From the NCBI GenBank assembly GCA_021162615.1, contig JAGGYH010000018.1, forward strand, positions 8,501-72,500: 64,000 nt of DNA, read 5' to 3'. Source of the DNA: Candidatus Aminicenantes bacterium (lineage in GTDB: Bacteria; Acidobacteriota; Aminicenantia; Aminicenantales; Aminicenantaceae). Numbering within the stretch: the stretch's first letter is position 1; each line of letters begins with the position of its first letter. Below are positions 17,745 through 25,445 of this stretch, piece by piece. A program made the position numbers and the translations under genes. The notes beneath the pieces were generated by a model. The model made no database searches, had not been told where the DNA came from, and saw only the letters and a list, made by a program, of their open reading frames with translations.

Positions 17745-17986
17745 TAACCTGGATTATTCACAAAAACTCAATAAAAAAAGGCTGTTTCCTTAGGTAACGT
17801 ATTGATATATAATACGTTAAAAGAAAAGAAAAAAGGAAACAGCCATGAAAGATTGTACCAAACAACAGCTTCTTTTCAAAGGCATTTCCAACAAAGAGAT
17901 TGAAGCTGATTATATGTTGGGTTTTTTAATTGCCCTTGAATCATTTTTGCCCGTGTTTTAAAATTTATGAACAAATCAGGCTAATT
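17745..17986 (+). mobile_element. Internally deleted IS derivative (about 242 bp) bounded by MITE-type terminal inverted repeats
   Basis: Left end taacctggattattcac (17745-17761). Right end atgaacaaatcaggctaatt (reverse complement aattagcctgatttgttcat). Both resemble the TIR of the 86-bp repeat family. The interior has a fold-back (ggctgtttcc 17780-17789 pairs with ggaaacagcc 17835-17844, immediately before ATG 17845) and a 38-codon transposase 5' remnant. Confidence 0.6.
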
Positions 17987-18167
17987 CTATATCAACAATT
18001 AGAGAGTGTCAATTTCCTATTTTCCTAACCTCTGCTAATTCAATTATTATCAACAACTTAATAGGCACAATTTTCTTGTTCTAGTCCCTTTTCTGCCTTC
18101 TGCCGGGAGGGCATCTTCCAGAGCCGGCGCGGTTCTTCTTTAAGCAGAAAATAATGAGTTCCCTTAA

Positions 18168-18581
18168 TTACCTCTCCTTCTGGAGTGCCTTCGAGTCACA
18201 AAGAGTCGGAAAAGCATATGGGGAATTATCGAGTCTTATCTGACAAGATGGCGTATCGAAGAGACAATACGTTTCCTTAAACAGAGCTATCAGGTGAAAG
18301 ATATCCGTCTTCTCACTTATCATCGTCTTCAGAATATGATGACGATTCTCACAGTTGTGGCATTTTTTGCCATGGTCTATCTGGGATTTAAGACAAAATT
18401 GAGGGTATTATCCCGGCATATGATGGGAGCTGCAAAAAGATTGTTCGGCATACCGGATTTTCACTTCTATGCCCTTGCCGATGGTATTCGTGAGTTCCTT
18501 TTCGGCCGTAATTCAGGCTTACAACGCTTCCATCACCATTGGATTGAAGAAAACAATCAGCTCCATCTCTTCGATCCTTAA
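18168..18581 (+). pseudogene. C-terminal fragment of an IS4-superfamily transposase
   Basis: The open frame after the stop at 18165 reads ...SIWGIIESYLTRWRIEETIRFLKQSYQVKDIRLLTYHRLQNMM... This carries the Y-2-R-3-E-6-K signature. There is no N-terminal or DDE part upstream. Confidence 0.7.
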
Positions 18582-19082
18582 ATTTTTGGGGGAACTTCAG
18601 GATGTGTGAGTATTGCTTATGATGGTCAATTCCCATATAATACATTTGTGTGCCTTTTTTCTCTTAGGTTTGATCTTGCGGGCAGTCTATCATAATTTCT
18701 ACTCTCGCGGGAGGCGCATCACATCATCATGTTACCTAAATATGCAGGTAAGCACCTCAAGTATAAAAAGAAATATTGCAGGATTCGATAAGAAATGGAT
18801 GGCTCTTATTATTAAACTAGAGAATTAAAATTTTTAAGAATACAAGCAATATGATCTCTGTTATAAATTTAATCGCTATTATTGCCTTTATTTTTGCATT
18901 TCTAAAAACAGAAGAAAAAAGCAAGATTATTCTAGTCATGATTACAACAGTCATTTCTTTGTTTCCGCATATATATACATCAGTAATGATGTCCTGGATA
19001 TGCTACATAACTAAAGTTTTATTTTCTCTGATCTGTTTGGTTTATATTAAATCAAAAAAGATTTTTATATGGGAGGGAATCC

Positions 19083-19994
19083 ATGAAAAAACATTTGTTT
19101 CTTGGTGCATTGCTTATTATCATTGGATTAAGTGGCTTTTCAACCTTTATTACACAGGAAAAACTATCCGTGGAGCCAGAACCTTCTTTCTATGAGCATG
19201 CCAAGTCAAACCATCGTCATCCAGGAATTGATACAGATGTCTACCTTTACATTAATCACTGGAGAAATTCTTTGCCGTACGAGGGACATGGAGGACTCAT
19301 TGAACGCGATATTCTTACGCCTGGAGATCCCCTTAATCCTCCTAAAAAGGGAGCGGTCTTAAAGTACATTAAAGCCTATAAACGAGGCGTTCTCCAGCCC
19401 TGCTGTGACACCCAGCCCTTCAAATGTGATAAAGAGCAAGCCTTTTTTTATGTGATGGGTGGAACCGGACGTGTGGAAGCTGGAGGCAAAAAGGCAGAAC
19501 TTGAAGAGGGGAAAGCAGTAGTTATTCCTGCAGGACTCGAATACAGATTCTTTAACCCGACAAAAGAAGACCTCGAAATGATTATTGTCGAAGAGGAAAT
19601 TACAACCGGATTCATACCCAATAATGAAATGTCCGTAGGCAGTTATCACGATTCAAAGCCAAGCGTAGGAATGCACTGGGCACATATAGGCCGAGGATTT
19701 TTATATGATGTGAGTCCAAAATTTGCGAATCCAATGGGACTTGGTATTGTGTCTATCGATAAATTCGATATAGCACAGCCGCATGTTCATGGCCCAGGAT
19801 GTGAGGAAATCTGGTGCCAGTTAAAAGGAAAAAGCTTATTATTCTTCGGCAACCGTCTTCTTTGGCAGGAGCCTGGGGAAGCATTTCTCATTCCGCCGAA
19901 CAATAAGGTACCTCATAGCTCTATAAATCACACCGGCGAGCATATGCTGTGGCTCTACCTGGGCAATCGTCACGATAGGCTGAAAAAAAAGTGA
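19083..19994 (+). CDS. Secreted bicupin protein
   Basis: GGGAGG RBS and signal peptide MKKHLFLGALLIIIGLSGFSTF. First cupin: GGTGRVEAGGKKAELEEGKAVVIPAGLEYRFFNP. Second cupin has a metal motif: QPHVHGPGCEEIWCQLKG...FLIPPNNKVPHSSINHTG. Confidence 0.7.
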   Translation: MKKHLFLGALLIIIGLSGFSTFITQEKLSVEPEPSFYEHAKSNHRHPGIDTDVYLYINHWRNSLPYEGHGGLIERDILTPGDPLNPPKKGAVLKYIKAYKRGVLQPCCDTQPFKCDKEQAFFYVMGGTGRVEAGGKKAELEEGKAVVIPAGLEYRFFNPTKEDLEMIIVEEEITTGFIPNNEMSVGSYHDSKPSVGMHWAHIGRGFLYDVSPKFANPMGLGIVSIDKFDIAQPHVHGPGCEEIWCQLKGKSLLFFGNRLLWQEPGEAFLIPPNNKVPHSSINHTGEHMLWLYLGNRHDRLKKK

Positions 19995-20081
19995 TATCAT
20001 GCTTGGATACACGTCCATGATTTGGATATTTTTAAATTTTGGATGTGTAGAAGTCAATAAAATATAGAGGAGGAGGATTTT

Positions 20082-22031
20082 ATGTCAAACAAAAAACATT
20101 CTTGCAACTGTTTAAGGACTGTTTTTATTTTAGCTGCTGCAGTTTTTGTATTATCCTCTGTGAGTTGTTCTGAAAAACCGGACTGGGAGGCTGTAAGCGA
20201 CAATATAATTAAAGAACGCAACATTGAGGGTCGATTACGAAATGATATTCCTGAAACAAATATTATTTCGAATCTCAAACCCGGTATTGTCACAAACATC
20301 AAAGAGCTGCCGGTTACAGAAATTGCTCCAGGTATAAAATCTCATATGTACTGGGGCAAAGGCAACCTTATCAACTGGATGACTCTGGAACCCCAAGCTG
20401 AAATATCTATTGAGATACTTCCGAGCGAACGTCTCATGTTCGTTATGAAAGGTTCGGTTGACCAGCTTATTAGTGGAAGCTTTGTTACTATGTATGCTGC
20501 TGATCGTGATGAACCAGATGGTATACATGGGAGCACTCCGAAAATTGAATTCGTTTTCCTTAAAAGGGGGTCGGAGAATGCTGTAAAGGCTGGAGATAAA
20601 GGTGCAGAAATTCTCGAAATTTATTGGCCTGTACGTCTTGACTATATGGAAAAGGCCGGTATAACCAAATTACCATCAGATGTTCCTGAAGGGAATTATC
20701 CTATTGAACCCTCTATTGAAACAAACAAAGTATATGATTTATATGATGTTCAATTCACCGAGCTTGTTCCCGGAGCCAGGTCCCGGCTTATCTCGGGTAG
20801 AGGTACCCAGTTGAGTTTTATCAGAATGGAACCTGGTTCGACCTTCGGCCATCATGTCCATCCAGAAGAACAAATCATGATCGTCCTGCGAGGCTGGATT
20901 GATGAAATTATTCTTGATAGTGTTTATCGAATGGAAAAAGGAGATATTCTTTACCTGCCTGCAAATATGGTCCATGGCGGCACAAATGGGCCATTTGGCT
21001 GCAGTGTTCTCGATGTTTTCTGGCCGCCCCGTCCGGATTACACAGGGAAAGAAAAAAAGAGGCTTGCTCTGTATCATGCCATTATTCCTGAAGATGCTAA
21101 AGTCGAACTCGTTATAGACGGTGCCAAGCATGAACCTGGTCTCACCTTTACCGAAGGCCCGACATGGTTGAACGGAAAACTCTATTTCTCAAGCATGTAC
21201 TTCGATCAAGCATGGAACGGCGACCCCGAAAAAAGTGCTTTGGTTGAAATGGATCCTGATGGTACATATAGGAATATTTCTTTCGGCAGTATGCAGACAA
21301 ACGGTACCATGCATCTTGGCCAGGGAAATCTTGCAGTCTGTGACATGTTCGGTCATCGTATTATTGAAATTACAACAAAAGGTAAAGTTATAAGGACATT
21401 GGCGAGTACATATAACGGTAGACCTCTCGATGGGCCCAATGACCTTGTTATAGATGCCAAAGGTGGTATTTACTTTACTGATCCTCAGTTCACACCGGAA
21501 GCAGAAAAAAGCCAGCCTGGCAGGAGTGTTTATTATCTAACACCTAAGGGAAAAGTTATAAGGATTGTCGAACCAAATGATTTTGCTATGCCAAATGGTG
21601 TGCTCTTGAGCCCGGATGGCAAGACTCTTTATATCAACAACACGTATGATGATGAAGAATGGTGGAATGTTGATAGTAATAAGAACAATTTTGTATGGGC
21701 ATATGATGTTAATGACGATGGCACCGTGTCCAATGGACGAAAATTTGCAGAACTCTACCTGACGCCTGAAGTGCTGGACAGAAAGAGTAAAACCTCAGGT
21801 GCCGACGGCATGACTATTGATGAACTTGGCAATATTTATATTGCCACTTATATGGGACTCCAGATCTTCAGTTCTGAGGGTGAATTCATCGGCATTATCA
21901 ATTTCCCCGTTTACCCTGTAAACTGCTGTTTTGGCGGTGAAGATATGAAGACAATTTTTGCAACGTGTTATGACAAAATCTACAAGGTCCGTACAAACAT
22001 GAAAGGTCTGGAATATCCGTTAAAGAATTAA
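20082..22031 (+). CDS. Lipoprotein fusing a cupin domain to an SMP-30/gluconolactonase/LRE-like beta-propeller
   Basis: Lipobox LSSVSCSEK. Cupin: GHHVHPEEQIMIVLRGWIDEII...GDILYLPANMVHGG. C-terminal half: GPTWLNGKLYFS...GPNDLVIDAKGGIYFTDP...MPNGVLLSPDGKTLYINNT...GADGMTIDELGNIYIAT. Confidence 0.8.
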   Translation: MSNKKHSCNCLRTVFILAAAVFVLSSVSCSEKPDWEAVSDNIIKERNIEGRLRNDIPETNIISNLKPGIVTNIKELPVTEIAPGIKSHMYWGKGNLINWMTLEPQAEISIEILPSERLMFVMKGSVDQLISGSFVTMYAADRDEPDGIHGSTPKIEFVFLKRGSENAVKAGDKGAEILEIYWPVRLDYMEKAGITKLPSDVPEGNYPIEPSIETNKVYDLYDVQFTELVPGARSRLISGRGTQLSFIRMEPGSTFGHHVHPEEQIMIVLRGWIDEIILDSVYRMEKGDILYLPANMVHGGTNGPFGCSVLDVFWPPRPDYTGKEKKRLALYHAIIPEDAKVELVIDGAKHEPGLTFTEGPTWLNGKLYFSSMYFDQAWNGDPEKSALVEMDPDGTYRNISFGSMQTNGTMHLGQGNLAVCDMFGHRIIEITTKGKVIRTLASTYNGRPLDGPNDLVIDAKGGIYFTDPQFTPEAEKSQPGRSVYYLTPKGKVIRIVEPNDFAMPNGVLLSPDGKTLYINNTYDDEEWWNVDSNKNNFVWAYDVNDDGTVSNGRKFAELYLTPEVLDRKSKTSGADGMTIDELGNIYIATYMGLQIFSSEGEFIGIINFPVYPVNCCFGGEDMKTIFATCYDKIYKVRTNMKGLEYPLKN

Positions 22032-22093
22032 GATTATTCCAAAATGACAAAGAGTACATTTATATCTATATGAAATTTTGAAAGGAGTTTAGA

Positions 22094-23158
22094 ATGGCAA
22101 GGAATAGAAAAGCCTTAAATCGCCGCGATTTTATAAAAGAAATGACCCAGGCAACATTAGGCGGAATCGTTCTTGGGGGACAATATTCTTGTATTGACAA
22201 GAAAAATGCTGACGAGGTTGATCAACAAGTTAGAGATGGCCAACTATACAAAAAAGTAAAAAAACCAGCTAGAGTAAGCTTAATCAAGGGCAATGACAGG
22301 CGTGAGATTATATACCAATCGCTTAAAATGATAGAAAATGAAGTCCTTGAATCCTTGGGAAACAAGAAGGTTTTAGTCAAGCCAAACGTAGTTGTTACCG
22401 ATAATCCGCTTGCGGCTACACACGTGGATGCTCTGCGAGCTGTATTAGATTTTCTTGCCCCACACTATAAAAAACAAATATTGATTGGGGAATCGAGTGC
22501 TATGAAGACATTAGAGGGTTTTAAAAACTACGGATATCTTGCACTGGAAAAAGAATACAATGTGAAATTAGCCGACCTTAATCAGGGATATTCTTATCAA
22601 TATCGCTATGTCTTGGGGAAAGGAAACCGCCCGCTGCCAGTACGGATTATATCTACATTTTTGGACCCAAATGTTTATATTATTTCTGTTGCTCGGATGA
22701 AAACCCACAATAAAGTACTGGTTACATTGTCGTTAAAAAACATATTATTAGGCTGCCCTCTTAACGACTATAAAAAAAATGATAAGGCAATGTATCATAC
22801 CGGGCCCCCAGCCGTTGATGACTTTTGCCACTATAACATGTTTCATTCGGCCCAAGAAGTATATCCTGACCTGGCAGTTATAGATGGCTTTGTTGGAATG
22901 GAAGGTAAGGGGCCTGCATGGGGCACTCCTTTTGATTCAAAAGTAGCGATCGCCAGCTGTGATGCCCTGGCAGCTGACACTATTGCCACTAAAGTGATGG
23001 GATTTGATCCCAAAAGGATTCTTTATCTTTCGGCTATGACAGAAGCAGGAATGGGACAGGGAGAAATAGAAAAGATAAATATACTTGGCGCTGCGCTTGA
23101 TCAGTGCTTGTTTCATTTCAAGCCTCACGAAAAAATGGCAGAACTGTACAAATTATGA
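22094..23158 (+). CDS. DUF362 domain protein with twin-arginine signal
   Basis: MARNRKALNRRDFIKEMTQATLGG (Tat motif). VLVKPNVVVTDNPLAATHVDALRAVLDFL...ILIGESS, ...KTHNKVLVTLSLKNILLG..., ...IDGFVGMEGKGPAWGTP...IASCDALAADTIATKVMG match the DUF362 pattern as I recall it. Confidence 0.7.
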   Translation: MARNRKALNRRDFIKEMTQATLGGIVLGGQYSCIDKKNADEVDQQVRDGQLYKKVKKPARVSLIKGNDRREIIYQSLKMIENEVLESLGNKKVLVKPNVVVTDNPLAATHVDALRAVLDFLAPHYKKQILIGESSAMKTLEGFKNYGYLALEKEYNVKLADLNQGYSYQYRYVLGKGNRPLPVRIISTFLDPNVYIISVARMKTHNKVLVTLSLKNILLGCPLNDYKKNDKAMYHTGPPAVDDFCHYNMFHSAQEVYPDLAVIDGFVGMEGKGPAWGTPFDSKVAIASCDALAADTIATKVMGFDPKRILYLSAMTEAGMGQGEIEKINILGAALDQCLFHFKPHEKMAELYKL

Positions 23159-23159
23159 A

Positions 23160-24434
23160 ATGAAAAAAAAGAATTTCCTGAACTTTTCTCGATACGTCTT
23201 TCTGATGTCCTCTTTTGCTGTAGTTGTCATGCTCGTCATAGGATATCGCTCTGAAGTCGGTCCTCTTGTGATAGTTCTGTTTGCTTCTCTTGCCGTTTAT
23301 TGTATGGGACATGCTTTTTTAAAAAGTTTTTCATTTACAATCTGGGTGTTTGCTTTCGTTGCTGCTTCTATGTTTTATCCTTCTGCATTCGGAACATGGT
23401 TCAGGTTTGACCTGGGGATACTGATTGTTCCTCTCATCCAAATTATTATGTTCGGCATGGGTACTACCCTGAACACAAAGGATTTTAGAAGGATATTTAC
23501 AATGCCGTGGCCGGTTTTTATAGGAATATTTCTCCAGTTTACTGTCATGCCGCTTGCTGGTTACGGTATTGCTATGTTGTTTGGTTTTGATCCCGAGGTC
23601 GCTGCCGGTGTTATTTTGATAGGCTCATGTTCTGGTGGAGTCGCGTCTAACCTAATGACGTATCTTGCAGGAGGCAATGTAGCACTCTCTGTGACCATGA
23701 CTTCATGCTCAACGCTTATATCGCCAGTGATGACACCCTTCTTGATGAAAGTTCTTGCTGGCAAACTCGTACCGATTGATTTTATTGGCATGATGTTTTC
23801 AATATTCAACATGATCATAATACCAATTGTTGCAGGATTAGTTGCTAACAGAATACTGTACAGTAACAATAAATGGGCAAATAAAGCCAGATCATTGACT
23901 TTCATTTCAATTTTGAGCGTTTTTCTTGCAGTAGTCACCATTTTCCTGCGAAAAGATTTATTCGGACCTCTGGCTGCACTCAAGAGAGGAATAATCATCG
24001 GGTTCACTCTGCTTACTGTGGTCGCCTTGACCAAGCTTATTGTTAACTCCATGCTAAATTGGCCAAAAAACTGGATGGATAAAGCGCTGCCTATTGTTTC
24101 AATGTCAGGCATTTGCTTTATAATTGCTATTATTACCGCCCGATCCAGGGATAAACTATTGACAGTAGGCCTTGCACTTGTTGCAGCAGCTATCATTCAC
24201 AACTTTATCGGATATATCGTTGGATACTGGGGCGCAAGGGCAGCAAAGTTAGATGAGATCTCATGCCGTACCGTAAGCTTCGAAGTAGGCATGCAAAATG
24301 GCGGCATGGCATCTGGTTTAGCCATGGACGTGTTAAAAAGTGTCAGCGCAGCACTGGCTCCTGCGATATTCGGTCCATGGATGAACATTTCCGGGTCAGT
24401 ACTGGCTACCTGGTGGCGTCGAAAATCTATCTAA
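23160..24434 (+). CDS. Bile acid:sodium symporter (BASS/SBF-like) family transporter
   Basis: ORF track starts at 23085, but ATG 23160 directly follows the DUF362 stop (23156-23158). Polytopic. GSCSGGVASNLMTYLAGGNVALSVTMTSCSTLISPVMTPFLM is the SBF-family core, and the second repeat has FEVGMQNGGMASGLA. Confidence 0.8.
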   Translation: MKKKNFLNFSRYVFLMSSFAVVVMLVIGYRSEVGPLVIVLFASLAVYCMGHAFLKSFSFTIWVFAFVAASMFYPSAFGTWFRFDLGILIVPLIQIIMFGMGTTLNTKDFRRIFTMPWPVFIGIFLQFTVMPLAGYGIAMLFGFDPEVAAGVILIGSCSGGVASNLMTYLAGGNVALSVTMTSCSTLISPVMTPFLMKVLAGKLVPIDFIGMMFSIFNMIIIPIVAGLVANRILYSNNKWANKARSLTFISILSVFLAVVTIFLRKDLFGPLAALKRGIIIGFTLLTVVALTKLIVNSMLNWPKNWMDKALPIVSMSGICFIIAIITARSRDKLLTVGLALVAAAIIHNFIGYIVGYWGARAAKLDEISCRTVSFEVGMQNGGMASGLAMDVLKSVSAALAPAIFGPWMNISGSVLATWWRRKSI

Positions 24435-24445
24435 TAATAGGAGGA

Positions 24446-24715
24446 TTATTTTTTCCATAATAAAGAGGGCAATTGTACCAATAGGAGTCGCAGCTCCCGG
24501 AGCTTTTGATTCGGGAGATTACGCATAAAATCGGAGAAACATTCAATAGATAGAGGTGCTTCCCAAGCAGGGAATCCCAGGGCTTTTGCTATGAAGGGAT
24601 TATTTTTAAATTCGAATGCTAATTCACTAAAAGAGGATAGTCCGCGCAGATTCTTATAAATAAGAGCACGGAGAGTAGCATCTTTGGAAAAAGATGGCCG
24701 ACACTGATAATGCAA
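24446..24715 (-). pseudogene. N-terminal fragment of an IS5/IS1182-type transposase (DUF772-like domain)
   Basis: 89 aa: CRPSFSKDATLRALIYKNLRGLSSFSELAFEFKNNPFIAKALGF...PLSIECFSDFMRNL resembles the helix-turn-helix N-terminal domain (GRP.Y....L.....L....SDR.LE........F..FLG.......ST.SRFR). No catalytic part follows. Confidence 0.5.
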
Positions 24716-24783
24716 TCATCAAAAGCATTTCTATTTTCAAAATTTTTATATATAATAAAAGAGGTTAGCGGTGATTTCTTAAA

Positions 24784-25350
24784 ATGGCTTTTTTCAGAGA
24801 AGGATTCAGCATAAAAATTCCGGAGCGCCTGGAGACCGACCGGCTTTATATCAGGCCTTTTATCGATAAGGATTGGGAGCCTTTTTTTTCTTTTATGAGG
24901 GATGAAAAGGCAACTCAGTATCTTTCTTTTATTGCCGAGCAGAAAACCTATAAAGGAGCTGAGGAGCTGTTTAGTATGATCATTGACAGGTATAGAAAAG
25001 AAAACCAGATATTTGTCATGGCTGTTATCAGAAAGTCGGATGATCAATATGTGGGCGCTATCGGATTAATGCCGGTCGAAGGAAGCACGGATGTTGAAGT
25101 CTTTTATACTCTTCTGCCAAAATATTGGGGTAAAGGATACGCTACAGAGGCCACTCACCGCCTTTTTGCCTATGTCTTTTCAGAGTCAGATGTGCAGAGG
25201 ATCGTGGCTTCTATCTTCCCCGCAAATGAAGCATCGGAAAAAGTCGCTGAAAGAGTAGGAATGGCTTACAAAGGTTTTGTTATGAGAAAATTACAGGGAG
25301 GCAGAGTCAAGCTCTATACGCTCAGCAGAGAACAATTTTTTTCAAGATAG
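24784..25350 (+). CDS. GNAT N-acetyltransferase (RimJ/RimL-like)
   Basis: 188 aa. ERLETDRLYIRPFIDKDWEPFFSFM...VGAIGL...YTLLPKYWGKGYATEA...IFPANEASEKVAERVGM. Confidence 0.85.
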   Translation: MAFFREGFSIKIPERLETDRLYIRPFIDKDWEPFFSFMRDEKATQYLSFIAEQKTYKGAEELFSMIIDRYRKENQIFVMAVIRKSDDQYVGAIGLMPVEGSTDVEVFYTLLPKYWGKGYATEATHRLFAYVFSESDVQRIVASIFPANEASEKVAERVGMAYKGFVMRKLQGGRVKLYTLSREQFFSR

Positions 25351-25445
25351 TCTTCCTTGGTGCTGAAAAGCACGGCAAAACCTGATTATTAAAGTTTATT
25401 TTAAAATGAATCACGTTTTGTATCCAAATTTGAGGAGGTTCAGTC

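Noticed and set aside
18613-19195. Two small ORFs (71 aa and 114 aa) in the AT-rich gap before the bicupin gene
   Set aside because: The 114-aa ORF has three hydrophobic stretches. However, it overlaps the well-supported start (RBS plus signal peptide) of 19083 by 113 nt, lacks an RBS and lies in very AT-rich DNA. It is possibly real but unsupported. The 71-aa ORF has no features.
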